64,000 bases of DNA from Candidatus Cloacimonadales bacterium (GCA_963662275.1 OY759316.1:2688001-2752000); one strand, 5' to 3'. Positions 18,967 to 30,196 are shown, numbered from the stretch's first letter. Numbers and translations: made by a program. The notes: generated by a model from the letters alone, not told the origin.

Positions 18967-20375
18967 AACGAAATTTACTAATACTGATGCTATTATGCCT
19001 GGCAGCACTGAATCTGTCAGCATTGACTCTCGAGCAATGCCTGGAACAGGCAAAAGCGAACAACAAGGAACTTTTATCTGCCAAGGAAGATAAAATGATG
19101 GCAGACGCGTTGTATTATGATGTGAGGGGTTCACTGCTTCCTCAAGTGACACTACAGGGTGGATATAATCTTACAAAAACTTGGGTACCCAACTCCTCAA
19201 TTCCCGGCAAGTTTGATTTTGCTTCGTCTTTAACAAATACTGCCACAGAGGATGATAGTACCCTGGCAGATATCATGACGGGCTTTGCCAATAGTATGAT
19301 TCCTGCCAGTCCGATGAAGGAAGGCTCTTTTGCCACTCAACTGCAATTGAAGCAGATCTTATTTTCAGGAGGCAGGCTGATTAATGGCATCAATGCCGTA
19401 GGCAAGTATCGTTCTATCCAGAAATTGAAAATTGACCTACTGCAGCAGGATATTATCACCCAAACCACTGACATGTTTTATCAGACTATGCTGGCTAAAA
19501 AGGTTTGGGATATCCAGGAAGAAGGACTTGATATTGCAACAAAGCATTTGAATCGAGTGCAAATCCTGAATGGAGAAGGTCAGATCTCTGAATTTGATTT
19601 GCTGAGGGCACGCTTGGAAGTTGCCAAAATCAAACCCCAAGTCGTACAGGCACGAAACAATTATGAATTGGCATTATCAGCCTTAAAAAAACAGATAGGT
19701 TCAAAGGATACTAGCTTCGCTCTCGAAGGCGATTTTATTCTTCCTACAGAACCTTTTATAACGAGTACTTCTACTTCTGATTCTCTCATAATGGATTTAA
19801 CAACGGCACAGCAGAATGCAGCTTCAAAACGAATAGAATTGAAGCTCGCAAGTATCAATAGTGAAATTAACCATATCAAGTTTAAAGCTGAAAAGGGTAA
19901 TTATCTTCCCAGCGTAATGCTGACAGCCGACTATTCCATCTTCACTGCTGCTGATGAATATGCGATACAAAAAGATGATTTCGGAAGTTCTATCGGTGTA
20001 GGAATCGGATTTTCCATACCGCTTTTCACCGGATTGAGTAATACATCCAAACGCACCTATGCCAAGCATCAATGGACCCAGGCACTGATCAAGGAAGATG
20101 ACGCTAAGCAGGGGATTGATCTGCAAGTGAAACAAACTTACCAAAACCTGCAGACCGCTTTAGAGAACTACCAGGTTCAAAAAGAAAATATCAAACTGGC
20201 AGAACGCAGCTTACAGCTTGCCCAAGTCAGGTATGAAAACCAAGTGGGTATTCAACTGGAAGTGTTTGATGCTCTCGTGATGCTAAATAGTATCAAATTG
20301 GGCTATTATAATTCAATTTACGAAGTCATTAGTGCGACTCAGAAATTCCAAAAAGCCATGGGCTTTACATTATAA
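18963..20375 (+). CDS. TolC family outer-membrane efflux protein
   Basis: Signal peptide, OEP repeats (LTLEQCLEQA, AQVRYENQVG); ATGA overlap with tetR. Confidence 0.9.
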   Translation: MKRNLLILMLLCLAALNLSALTLEQCLEQAKANNKELLSAKEDKMMADALYYDVRGSLLPQVTLQGGYNLTKTWVPNSSIPGKFDFASSLTNTATEDDSTLADIMTGFANSMIPASPMKEGSFATQLQLKQILFSGGRLINGINAVGKYRSIQKLKIDLLQQDIITQTTDMFYQTMLAKKVWDIQEEGLDIATKHLNRVQILNGEGQISEFDLLRARLEVAKIKPQVVQARNNYELALSALKKQIGSKDTSFALEGDFILPTEPFITSTSTSDSLIMDLTTAQQNAASKRIELKLASINSEINHIKFKAEKGNYLPSVMLTADYSIFTAADEYAIQKDDFGSSIGVGIGFSIPLFTGLSNTSKRTYAKHQWTQALIKEDDAKQGIDLQVKQTYQNLQTALENYQVQKENIKLAERSLQLAQVRYENQVGIQLEVFDALVMLNSIKLGYYNSIYEVISATQKFQKAMGFTL

Positions 20376-20387
20376 TGGAGATATAAA

Positions 20388-21416
20388 ATGAAAAGAATGA
20401 TCTTAATCACCTTCACTCTCATCATGTTACTCAGCTTCAGCGCTTGCAGCAAAAAGAAGGAAGCTGCAAAGAATATGGAGCAACTGCAGAAAGAAAACGG
20501 CATACCTGTCAATATCACAGAAATCGTGCCTCAATTATTTGTACAGGAATTAACCTATAACGCACCGTTAAGTGGAGTCGAAGAAAGCACTGCCAAGGCA
20601 ATGGTTGGTGATATCATCCTCAGCGTAAATGCGAAGATTGGCGATTATGTAAAAAAAGACCAAACCATTATCACTTTCCCGCAAGATACACCTTCCGCTC
20701 AATATGACCAGGTATATTCTGCGTATCTGAATACAAAGCAGACTTATGAACGAATGCAGAGACTATTTGCCCAGGGTGCGATCAGCCAGCAGGATATGGA
20801 TAACATATCTACAGGTTACAAGGTGGCAAAGGCAAATTTCAATGCTGCCTCGCAAATGATCTATATCAAAGCTCCTATCTCGGGATACATCACTGCCATG
20901 AAAGTCAGTCCTGCAAGCCGAGTGGCTTCTGGAGATGATCTTTTCACAGTGTCTAATACTTCAAAATACAAAGCTGTGATCTGGGTACCTGATTCTGATA
21001 TTCAATTAGTCAGGAAAGGACTGAAAGCTATAGCTACCTGGGGAGAGCAGACACTGACAGGCAGGATCTCCAGCGTTTCCTTAGCAATGGACCAGGATAA
21101 GAAGGCATTCAAGACAGAGATCATCTTTGAGACTCATCCGAAACAGATCATCAGCGGTGTGACTCTCCAGATCGTACTGGAAGTAGTTAGAATCAATAAT
21201 GCCATAGTCGTTGAACGTAAAAACATCCTCGAAGAAAATGGTAAAAAATATGTCTGGCTGGACCAGGATAATAAAGCTGTAAAAACAGAAATCACCACGA
21301 AACATGATAATGGGATCGAATATGAAGTAGCAACAGGTGTCAAGGCTGGTGACAAAATGATCACAAGCGGTATCAGCCTTTTATCCGATAACTGCCTCAT
21401 TCAAGTTATCAAGTAA
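20388..21416 (+). CDS. RND efflux membrane-fusion (periplasmic adaptor) lipoprotein
   Basis: Lipobox FSAC, GDYVKKDQ, IKAPISG. Confidence 0.9.
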   Translation: MKRMILITFTLIMLLSFSACSKKKEAAKNMEQLQKENGIPVNITEIVPQLFVQELTYNAPLSGVEESTAKAMVGDIILSVNAKIGDYVKKDQTIITFPQDTPSAQYDQVYSAYLNTKQTYERMQRLFAQGAISQQDMDNISTGYKVAKANFNAASQMIYIKAPISGYITAMKVSPASRVASGDDLFTVSNTSKYKAVIWVPDSDIQLVRKGLKAIATWGEQTLTGRISSVSLAMDQDKKAFKTEIIFETHPKQIISGVTLQIVLEVVRINNAIVVERKNILEENGKKYVWLDQDNKAVKTEITTKHDNGIEYEVATGVKAGDKMITSGISLLSDNCLIQVIK

Positions 21417-21427
21417 GGAGACAACAG

Positions 21428-24400
21428 ATGTTTCTATCCAAAATCTCCGTAGAACGTCCAGTGCTGATTATCATGGTATTCATGGTATTCATCATTTTTG
21501 GAATCATGGCATATATGGAATTGCCTTTAAATACGATGCCTGAGATGAAAATCCCATACGTCAGTATTTCAACGGTTTATCCTGGTGCTGGTCCGCGTGA
21601 AGTGGAAACGCAGGTATCCAAGAAAATTGAAGATGCGGTTTCAACAGTCAGTATGATCGATAATATCGACTCCTATTCCATGGACAACGTCAGTATTTGC
21701 GTGATCAAGTTCAAGATGGGTAAAGATGTCAACATTGCCAATGCAGAAGTGAAAGATAAGATAGATGCGATCCTGAACCAGTTTCCAACCGATGCGAAGA
21801 GACCGCTGGTTCAAAAAGTGGATATCAATGCATTTCCTTGTATGGATATTGTTCTCACAGGAAATGTAGATGGAAAAACACTGTATGAGATTGCAGATAA
21901 AAAGCTCAAGGACCGCTTTTCCCAAATCGACGGTGTAGCGAGTGTTGATCTGACTGGTGGCAACAAAAGACAGATCAATGTGAAACTCAATGACTATACA
22001 GTTTTCGAAAACTCGCTTTCCTTAGCGCAGATGACACAAATCCTGGCAATGCAGAATATGAATATGCCTGCAGGACAATTCAGTAAAGGGACACAGGAAT
22101 ATTCTGTGAGGCTGAAGGGCGAATACTCGGATATTGAACAGCTAAGAAATGCGGAAGTTCCAACTGCTTATGGAACAAAAAAACTCGGGCAGATCGCTAC
22201 TGTGACCGATGCCCAGGATAAGGTACTTCAAAGATCTGTCTATTTCAATGTGCCAAGTATGCAGAAATATAACAATGTAGTTCGTCTATCCATTGTGAAA
22301 AGCTCTGACGGTAACGTAGTGAAGATCGCTGAGCAGGTTAGAAAGGAATTACCCACAATTCAAAAGGAATTGCCTAAAGGCATGCAACTAACCCTTATCC
22401 GTGATGATTCTACCTTTACCAAGGCTGCTCTGGATGACACTGTGAGTAATATATGGATGGGTATTCTGCTGACTGGTCTGATTCTCTTACTTTTCCTGCA
22501 TGATATTCGTTCTACACTGATCGTCGCTATTGCCATGCCGATTTCAATTGTTTCAACATTTGTGTTCATTCAAGCTTTCGGCTATACATTAAATATGATG
22601 ACCTTGATGGCTATCTCAAGCTCTGTGGGGGTCTTGGTTACCAACTCAATTGTCGTGTTGGAGAATATCTTTCGACACAAGGAGTTGGGTAATACAACAA
22701 AGGAAGCTGCACAAATTGGAACGAGTGAAATTGCTGTCGCTGTTCTCGCGTCCACTCTTACGAATATCGTAGTATTTCTTCCCATCGCGACGATGCACTC
22801 CATGGTGGGACAGGTTTTCAAGGAATTTGGAGTTACCGTGGTCATTGCCACGATGATCTCTTTAGTTGTCTCTTTCACGATCACACCAATGATGGCATCA
22901 AGAATCCTACCGGAAAAGGTTGTACCTACCAGGTTCGGAAGAGCATTTGACGCCATATTCGCTAAATTCAGCTGCTGGTATGAAACCTTCCTGAAGTGGG
23001 TTTTATACAGCAAAAAGAGAGCTCTAATGCTTTTGATAGGAGTATTGGTCATCTTTATCGCCAGCTTTGGCTTGATTCCATCTCTCGGTTCAGAAATGAT
23101 GCCAGCCATGGACCAGGGGAACATCAATGTCTCCGTTGAATTACCCCAGGGCACGAATCTTGACCAAACAGCTTTAACTTTGGACACGATCACCAATATC
23201 ATATCCAAACACAAAGAAGTGAAAAACATCATTACCAACCTGGGAACGCAAGGCAGGATTGACACAGGTACATACTTAGCCTCAACAGATGTCTATCTGC
23301 TGGATGCCAAAGATAGAAAGCTTACGACAGATCAGATGACTGGCGTTCTTATTCAAGAACTGTCTTCTGTACCCAATGCCAGGATCAAAGTATCAGGTGC
23401 AGAAACCTTCGGAGGCGGCAGCGCACCCATTGAATTCTTCCTGAAAGGAACAGATACCGATAAACTGGAACAACTGAAAACTGTATTAGTTTCTAAGCTG
23501 AAGAACATCCCCGGTTTAATTAATCTGGATACCAGTACCCGAAGTGGAAAACAGGAACTGACTATCGTCCCTGATCGTATTAAGATGGCTGAGGTCGGAG
23601 CGAGTGTATATGATTTGGCGATAGCGCTTCGTACATCTGTGGAAGGAACAGTTTCCACCACGTACAAGGAATTAGGTAATGAATATGATATCAAATTATC
23701 CATGGAAAATGCTTCCATTGATTCTCCTGAAAAGCTTCGCAGCCTGCCGATAACCATACAGGGAAAGAACTTTGTACTTTCTCAATTAGCGGATGTTACT
23801 TTTGCTGAAGGTGTGAATAAAATTACACATCATGATAAGAGCAAAGCCATCCAGTTTACTGCGGGTGTCGCTACGGGTGCAAATCTCGGTGATGTTACCA
23901 AGCTGATCAAAAAAGAAGTGGATAAGGTTCAGATGCCTTCAGGATATTCAGTGATCATGGGTGGCGATAGCCAGATGCTTGCTGAAACAATGGCAGATAT
24001 GCTGCGGACATTGATCATAGCAATCCTACTTACTTATATGTTGCTGGCAGCCATCCTTGAAAGCTTTGCCCAGCCATTCCTGATCATGATGACAGTTCCA
24101 TTAGCCCTGATCGGTGTTTTTGGCTCCATGTTTCTTGCCGGAACGACTATAAATATCTTCTCCATGATGGCAATGATCGTGCTGGTCGGTATGGTAGTGA
24201 ATAATGCGATCCTCATGCTTGATTACACAAATCTGAAAAGGAAAGACGGCTTCACTCCGCATGATGCCTTGCTGGAAGCAGGCAGGCTGAAACTCAAACC
24301 GATTATCATGAGTACTCTCGCAATCGTGATCGGTATGTTACCCATGGCAATGGGTATAGGAAGCGCAGGTAAGGAATTCCGCCAATCAATGGGTATCGTG

Positions 24401-24520
24401 GAAATAGGTGGGATGATTGTCGCAGCTTTCCTTACACTCGTTGTGATTCCATCTTTCTATTTCCTCACGACGAGGCAGAAGAAGGAGGATAAATCTATAC
24501 AACCAGAAGCTAGTAATTAG
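21428..24520 (+). CDS. RND efflux transporter permease (AcrB/HAE1 type)
   Basis: 1030 aa, SVERPV, YPGAGP.EVE, NSIVVLENI, GMVVNNAIL, LKPIIMST. Confidence 0.95.
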   Translation: MFLSKISVERPVLIIMVFMVFIIFGIMAYMELPLNTMPEMKIPYVSISTVYPGAGPREVETQVSKKIEDAVSTVSMIDNIDSYSMDNVSICVIKFKMGKDVNIANAEVKDKIDAILNQFPTDAKRPLVQKVDINAFPCMDIVLTGNVDGKTLYEIADKKLKDRFSQIDGVASVDLTGGNKRQINVKLNDYTVFENSLSLAQMTQILAMQNMNMPAGQFSKGTQEYSVRLKGEYSDIEQLRNAEVPTAYGTKKLGQIATVTDAQDKVLQRSVYFNVPSMQKYNNVVRLSIVKSSDGNVVKIAEQVRKELPTIQKELPKGMQLTLIRDDSTFTKAALDDTVSNIWMGILLTGLILLLFLHDIRSTLIVAIAMPISIVSTFVFIQAFGYTLNMMTLMAISSSVGVLVTNSIVVLENIFRHKELGNTTKEAAQIGTSEIAVAVLASTLTNIVVFLPIATMHSMVGQVFKEFGVTVVIATMISLVVSFTITPMMASRILPEKVVPTRFGRAFDAIFAKFSCWYETFLKWVLYSKKRALMLLIGVLVIFIASFGLIPSLGSEMMPAMDQGNINVSVELPQGTNLDQTALTLDTITNIISKHKEVKNIITNLGTQGRIDTGTYLASTDVYLLDAKDRKLTTDQMTGVLIQELSSVPNARIKVSGAETFGGGSAPIEFFLKGTDTDKLEQLKTVLVSKLKNIPGLINLDTSTRSGKQELTIVPDRIKMAEVGASVYDLAIALRTSVEGTVSTTYKELGNEYDIKLSMENASIDSPEKLRSLPITIQGKNFVLSQLADVTFAEGVNKITHHDKSKAIQFTAGVATGANLGDVTKLIKKEVDKVQMPSGYSVIMGGDSQMLAETMADMLRTLIIAILLTYMLLAAILESFAQPFLIMMTVPLALIGVFGSMFLAGTTINIFSMMAMIVLVGMVVNNAILMLDYTNLKRKDGFTPHDALLEAGRLKLKPIIMSTLAIVIGMLPMAMGIGSAGKEFRQSMGIVEIGGMIVAAFLTLVVIPSFYFLTTRQKKEDKSIQPEASN

Positions 24521-24643
24521 TAAGTTATAGGTGGTAATGGGTTTAGTTCTCTGAATGATTTCAAACTTACGAAAAATTGAATCGATAAAACGTCCTTAAC
24601 AGAATCTTTTCTCGATTTGAAGTAGTGTATTATTTTCCGTACG

Positions 24644-24672
24644 AGGGGCGAATTCTTTTCGCCCCTTTGTTT
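24644..24672 (+). terminator. Intrinsic terminator
   Basis: AGGGGCGAA-N5-TTCGCCCCT followed by a T-rich tract. Confidence 0.7.
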
Positions 24673-24802
24673 TGAGATCATCTAGACTACTCCTTACTCA
24701 TTATTCACAATTCCCTTCTTAATTATTGACATCTTAAATTTACTTCCAATAAATGGTTTTAAAATATATCAAACTTTCAATTAATACAGATAAGGAGCAG
24801 GT

Positions 24803-26263
24803 ATGGATGGATTAAAGCATTATCTCGATGGAGCAAAACGAGCTTCACAATGGCATGCAGAATATCGCAAAAAGATGCGTGAATGCAGATTTGATACGAT
24901 TGCAGTTCATGGTTTATACTCCATGGCAGAAGCTTTGGATTATAATCAGGGCTCTATTATTGAACCGATTTATTTATCAACTTCCCAAGCCTACCGTGAT
25001 GCTGATGAAATGGAATTAGCTTTAAGTTACCAGGTTCCCACCTGGTGCTATTCCCGTATAGCCAACCCAAGCATGTACTATCTTGAAGGTTTATTAGCAA
25101 TGCTGGAAGAATATCAGACAGGACAGGAAGCATCATGTCTAATAACTTCCTCAGGTATGTCAGCTATCAGGACTGTAATAGATGAATTTCTTCATCCTGA
25201 TTGTCCTGACAAACCGAAGCGTAGAAACTTCGTAGCAACTTCTCAAGTATATGGTGGTACTTATCAGCTCTTTTCCGTCCGTAAGGATAAGGAATGCAAG
25301 GTTGAATGGCGAAAAGTCATCAATTCTGCTAATATTCAAGAATGGGAATCCCTGATTGATGAAAACACCTGTTTCTTATATGGGGAAATGCCCAGTAATC
25401 CAACCCTTGGTTTCTTTGATTTGGAGAAAGTCTCTGCACTTGCCCATAAACATGGAATCCCGATGATCGTGGATGCTACAGTAGCAACACCTGCACTGAT
25501 GCGTCCTCTTGCCCATGGAGCAGATATTGTTATTCATTCCGTTACTAAATCACTATGTTGCAGTGGTTTTGGTGTAGCAGGAGCCATTATTGCGAAGAAG
25601 AATATTCCTGCTAAAGTAGATAATGCTGATTTAAAAGCTGATTTCTGCACATATCTGAAGCTTCTTCCCGGCAGGGATTATGGTCCAAACCTCTCCCCTA
25701 TCCAGTGTGTACTAGCCATCAATGATATCCGTACAATCCGCAGTAGAATGGATGCATGGTCAAAAAATACAATGACCGTAGCAAAATATCTATCCAACCA
25801 TAAGCATGTTGAAAAAGTAAATTATTTGGGTCTTGAATCTCATAAACTTCATGAAATAGCAACCAAGTATATGTTCCTAGTTGATGCTGAACATGACGAG
25901 CAATATGGGAAACCAGTCAATCGTTATGGTCATCTTATGTCTTTCGAAGTTGCAGGTGGTGCAGAGAATGCTCGTAAAGTTTTTGATGGTCTTACTCGGA
26001 TCTGGCGCGCAACAGACTTAGGAAGAGTCAAATCCGTGGCAACTATACCGGCTATCTCCACTCATTCCCAGCAGGGTGAGGAAGGGCGAAAAGCTGCTGC
26101 TATTCCGATGAATCTGATACGTCTCAGTGTTGGTGCTGAACATCCTGATGATGTGATCAAAGATCTCGAACAAGCTTTAGCAATTCTCGATGGAAAATCT
26201 GTGATCCATACTTCTCCGGATTACTCTTCAGGTGGAGCTTCTTCAGCCCGAATGCGCAGATAA
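24803..26263 (+). CDS. PLP-dependent Cys/Met metabolism enzyme (O-acyl-homoserine sulfhydrylase/gamma-synthase family)
   Basis: YSRIANP, SSGMSAI, YGGT, EMPSNP, VDATVATP, HSVTK, LIRLSVGAE. Confidence 0.85.
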   Translation: MDGLKHYLDGAKRASQWHAEYRKKMRECRFDTIAVHGLYSMAEALDYNQGSIIEPIYLSTSQAYRDADEMELALSYQVPTWCYSRIANPSMYYLEGLLAMLEEYQTGQEASCLITSSGMSAIRTVIDEFLHPDCPDKPKRRNFVATSQVYGGTYQLFSVRKDKECKVEWRKVINSANIQEWESLIDENTCFLYGEMPSNPTLGFFDLEKVSALAHKHGIPMIVDATVATPALMRPLAHGADIVIHSVTKSLCCSGFGVAGAIIAKKNIPAKVDNADLKADFCTYLKLLPGRDYGPNLSPIQCVLAINDIRTIRSRMDAWSKNTMTVAKYLSNHKHVEKVNYLGLESHKLHEIATKYMFLVDAEHDEQYGKPVNRYGHLMSFEVAGGAENARKVFDGLTRIWRATDLGRVKSVATIPAISTHSQQGEEGRKAAAIPMNLIRLSVGAEHPDDVIKDLEQALAILDGKSVIHTSPDYSSGGASSARMRR

Positions 26264-26286
26264 AAGAAAAAGATTGATACGAAAGA

Positions 26287-26313
26287 TTGCCGAATCGGAG
26301 TTCAGCAACCCAA
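26287..26313 (+). repeat. 27-bp palindromic dispersed repeat
   Basis: TTGCCGAATCGGAGTTCAGCAACCCAA, identical (inverted) to 56304-56330; diverged copy at 40711-40737. Confidence 0.85.
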
Positions 26314-26329
26314 GCATTGGAGATAATAG

Positions 26330-27682
26330 ATGCTTTATTATTCAACGAATTTAAAAGCTAAAAAGGTCAGTTTTAGAGAAGCCTTGTTACAAGGTCTTGC
26401 TGAGGATCGGGGTCTTTACCTCCCAGAAACTATACCTACCTTTACAGCAGAAGAAATACAGGCAATGCATAAATTGCCTTATCCCAAGGTTGCCTTCGCG
26501 GTAGCACATAAATTCCTTTCAGAAGAAATACCTGATGATGAATTGTATGCGCTGATTATGGAAGCCTACAATTATTCTGTTCCTCTTGAGCATATTACTG
26601 AAAGGCTTTATGTTATGCGTCTTGACCAAGGACCAACAGCATCTTTCAAAGATTTTGCAGCCCGTCTCATGGGACGTTTAATGCATTACTTTCTTCTGAA
26701 GGAACATCGGAGTTTGCTCATTCTCACAGCTACTTCAGGTGATACCGGCAGTGCTATCGCCAATGCGTTTTATGGTTTGGACAATATTAATGTGGTCGTT
26801 TTATTCCCTGAAAAGGAAGTAACAGCAAGGCAGCGAAAACAAATGACGACACTAGGAAAGAATGTGAAAGTCATTTCAGTCGATGGTAAGTTCGATGATT
26901 GCCAGGCACTGGTAAAAAAAGCATTCTCTGACCCTGAAATGGCTCATCTTCATCTTTCTTCAGCAAACTCCATTAATATAGGTCGTTTATTACCTCAAAC
27001 AATGTACTATTTCTATTCTTATTGTCAACTTGCCAGGATACCCGGGGAAGAAGTAATTTTCAGCGTACCATCGGGGAACTTCGGTGATCTAATGGGAGGA
27101 CTGATTGCCAAACACATGGGGCTTCCCATTCGCAAGTTCATTGTGGCAACCAATGAGAATGATGAATTTCCAAAATATGTTGTATCCGGTAAGTATAATG
27201 TGATAGTTCCCTCTCGGAACTGCATTTCAAGCGCTATGAACGTTGGACACCCCAGCAATGTAGCACGGCTTATCGCTTTATATGACGGTATCATGGATGA
27301 AACAGGTAAGATTCACAAACAAGCTGATTTGGAATCTATCCGAAAGGATATGTTTGCCGTTAGTGTCACAGATACCGAAACTGAAGCCACTATTCGTTCT
27401 GCAATGGCAGAATATAACTTGCTTCTGGAACCTCACGGTGCAGTGGGTTGGTATGGTTTAATGCAATACTTGCGCAAGAATCCGATTGATAAAGGAAAAC
27501 TTTGCATATCTCTTGAAACTGCCCATCCTGCCAAGTTCCCTGAAAAGATACGTGAAATCTTAAATCAAGACCCGCAACTCCCACCTTCACTGCAAAATTT
27601 GGAAGATAAAGAGGAATACATCATACCCATGCATCATGATTATGCAAAATTCACAAAATTCCTTTTGGAAAACTATAAGTAG
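26330..27682 (+). CDS. thrC: Threonine synthase
   Basis: GPTASFKDF, TATSGDTGSA, SANSINIGR, VPSGNFG, TAHPAKF. Confidence 0.95.
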   Translation: MLYYSTNLKAKKVSFREALLQGLAEDRGLYLPETIPTFTAEEIQAMHKLPYPKVAFAVAHKFLSEEIPDDELYALIMEAYNYSVPLEHITERLYVMRLDQGPTASFKDFAARLMGRLMHYFLLKEHRSLLILTATSGDTGSAIANAFYGLDNINVVVLFPEKEVTARQRKQMTTLGKNVKVISVDGKFDDCQALVKKAFSDPEMAHLHLSSANSINIGRLLPQTMYYFYSYCQLARIPGEEVIFSVPSGNFGDLMGGLIAKHMGLPIRKFIVATNENDEFPKYVVSGKYNVIVPSRNCISSAMNVGHPSNVARLIALYDGIMDETGKIHKQADLESIRKDMFAVSVTDTETEATIRSAMAEYNLLLEPHGAVGWYGLMQYLRKNPIDKGKLCISLETAHPAKFPEKIREILNQDPQLPPSLQNLEDKEEYIIPMHHDYAKFTKFLLENYK

Positions 27683-27708
27683 TGGAGTAGGTTGCCGATC
27701 CTACTGAA
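27682..27708 (+). repeat. REP-like palindrome (GTGGAGTAGG..CCTACTG family)
   Basis: Copies at 55385-55411 (inverted) and 58610-58637. Confidence 0.7.
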
Positions 27709-27730
27709 TACAGGAGTATCATAAATAATT

Positions 27731-28936
27731 ATGAAGACGATTATCATTCTTGGTGATGGCATGGCAGATTATCCATTGAAGGAACTAGGAAATAGAACCC
27801 CTTTAATGGCAGCTCATAAACCCAATATTGACCGTTTAGCTCAACTGGGGCGTTGTGGTAGATTGATAACAGTCCCTGCGAATCTACCTGCTGGTTCAGA
27901 GGTAGCAAATATGTCCGTACTTGGTTATGATGTTCAGGAAGTATATCAGGGTCGAGGTGTTTTAGAAGCTGCTGCTATGGGTGTAAAACTCGAGTCAGAA
28001 GATCTCACAATGCGTTGTAATCTTATTTGCATACAGAATGGGCTTATCAAGAATCATTCAGCAGGACATATTTCTACTGTGGAAGCTCATGAATTGATTG
28101 ACGCTCTTAATCAGGAGTTCTCGAACAAGATTATGCACTTCTATCCAGGAGTTAGCTACCGTCACATTTTTGTTTTAAAGAATGGATCTCCAAATATATT
28201 GTTAACCCCTCCACATGATGTGCCTGGTACACCATGGAAGGATGTACTTCCGACATCCAGTCAACCTGAAGGAGATGCAACAGCTACAATTCTAAAGGAT
28301 TTGATCATTCATTCCCAGTCAATATTAGAAGCACATCCCATTAATATCGAACGAGTGAAACAAGGAAAAGATCCGGCGAATTCAGTCTGGTTCTGGTCTG
28401 CTGGTAAACGTCCAAAGATGAAGACCTACATGGAATTATACGGAAAAACTGGGGCTGTGATCTCTGCTGTTGATCTTTTACATGGTATTGGTGTCTATGC
28501 CGGATTCAAAGTCATACACGTTGAAGGTGCAACTGGACTCTATAATACTAATTATGAAGGAAAAGTACAAGCTGCACTTGAAGCAATCAAGGATGTAGAC
28601 CTTGTTTATCTACATATCGAAGCAGCGGATGAAGCCGGACATGAAGGTAATATTGAACTAAAAGTAAAATGCATTGAAGCCTTGGATGAAAGAGTAGTCA
28701 AACCTATCCTGGAAGAAGCTGTAAATCAAGATAATCCCTTCACAATTGCCTTATTACCTGATCATCCAACACCATGTGCTGTTCGTACTCATACTTATGA
28801 TCCTGTTCCTTTTATCATTTATTCACCTGGCGAGTTTCCCGATGTTGTGAAACAATATGATGAAGAAAGCGCTTTCAAAGGTTCCTATGGATTGATGGAA
28901 AGTAAAGATTTTATAAGAACACTATTTCAGAAATGA
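27731..28936 (+). CDS. Cofactor-independent phosphoglycerate mutase family (ApgM-like; proposed homoserine-kinase clade)
   Basis: GDGMAD, GSEVAN, DEAGHEG, PDHPTP, THTYDPVP; adjacent to thrC. Confidence 0.85.
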   Translation: MKTIIILGDGMADYPLKELGNRTPLMAAHKPNIDRLAQLGRCGRLITVPANLPAGSEVANMSVLGYDVQEVYQGRGVLEAAAMGVKLESEDLTMRCNLICIQNGLIKNHSAGHISTVEAHELIDALNQEFSNKIMHFYPGVSYRHIFVLKNGSPNILLTPPHDVPGTPWKDVLPTSSQPEGDATATILKDLIIHSQSILEAHPINIERVKQGKDPANSVWFWSAGKRPKMKTYMELYGKTGAVISAVDLLHGIGVYAGFKVIHVEGATGLYNTNYEGKVQAALEAIKDVDLVYLHIEAADEAGHEGNIELKVKCIEALDERVVKPILEEAVNQDNPFTIALLPDHPTPCAVRTHTYDPVPFIIYSPGEFPDVVKQYDEESAFKGSYGLMESKDFIRTLFQK

Positions 28937-29020
28937 GGCAAGTACTTAGTTTTTATTATTATTAAGAATATCTTAGGATTTTCTTTATTACTCTGTTTCT
29001 ATAATTAATGGAGGATAGTT

Positions 29021-30196
29021 ATGAAATCTGTTGTTGTTTTGCTCCTTTGCTTCCTGACAATATGCGCCTGCACTCAAAATAAAACCGCTGAATTAATCAA
29101 AATTAAACCCATACCAAAGCATGATTTTGTAGAATTAAGTGAACCAGGTCACACATATTTCAGGAACTTTAATATAGTTCAACAAACTGAGGGACAATTA
29201 CTTATCTGTACATCTGTGCAACAAAAAAATAATACATCTCAGGACCCTAGTCTTGAGCTGATCAAAATAGATGACAATCTGAAGATTTATTCGCATCTGA
29301 AGGTTAAACAGCCTTATAGCATTCTGGCTATACATAAATACAAAGATGAATTGATTCTAGCTGTTGAGAATTACGAAACCCATGTTCCTGCAATTCTTCA
29401 TATCAATCAATTTGAAAAATTAGGTCTACAAAATGAATTACCCATACAGTTATCTTCGAAGTGTATATCAGAACTTGATAAAACTGAATTGTTACTTTTT
29501 GATAAGATTACAGACCGTTATGGGCATGAACGATTTGCTTACAATTCGTATAATTTTGATGGTAAGCTAAAACGAGATATCACGATTTCAGATAAAGTAA
29601 TTCAGGAAGTCCTTTCTCCATATTGGTTCGCTCCAGTCGGAAGTTATCTCAACAAAGAACAGGGAGTTACTTTTGCAGTAATAGATACACTCAATCGCAC
29701 ACAATATCTGAAAAGAATCTCCTGGGATGGGAATGATTCATATTCATCAATGGGATACAAATTTCCTATTTCTGCGATAACTTCCTACAGAGATACTACT
29801 TATGTCTGTGGTATATTAGAGAAAACAAACCAGTTGCAAATCAGTGAACTAGATTCATTTTTAAGCGAAAAACAGCGTATTGTATATGATAACTTGAAAT
29901 CTGATTCCTGGATTAAAGGTATCATACGACTTCCGAATGGATTTGCTATCCTAAATAATTTTTTTCTAACGAATGAAAAAGTAGCAACTACCAATATCCA
30001 GATTCTCTTCTTCGATTTACATGGAGACCTCGTTTCAAGTGAAGAGATCGGGAATTTTCGTAATGATGTGGCAGTTGCATTTGAAATACTGGCACCTGAT
30101 AAAGTCTGCGTGTTTGGATGGACGTCGGAAGAAACCTATGTAAAAGCAAATAGATTAATATACGGGACAGTAGAGATACCTGAGAAACTCAAGTGA
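29021..30196 (+). CDS. Hypothetical lipoprotein (possible beta-propeller)
   Basis: Lipobox ICAC; GGAGG RBS; 391 aa. Confidence 0.7.
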   Translation: MKSVVVLLLCFLTICACTQNKTAELIKIKPIPKHDFVELSEPGHTYFRNFNIVQQTEGQLLICTSVQQKNNTSQDPSLELIKIDDNLKIYSHLKVKQPYSILAIHKYKDELILAVENYETHVPAILHINQFEKLGLQNELPIQLSSKCISELDKTELLLFDKITDRYGHERFAYNSYNFDGKLKRDITISDKVIQEVLSPYWFAPVGSYLNKEQGVTFAVIDTLNRTQYLKRISWDGNDSYSSMGYKFPISAITSYRDTTYVCGILEKTNQLQISELDSFLSEKQRIVYDNLKSDSWIKGIIRLPNGFAILNNFFLTNEKVATTNIQILFFDLHGDLVSSEEIGNFRNDVAVAFEILAPDKVCVFGWTSEETYVKANRLIYGTVEIPEKLK

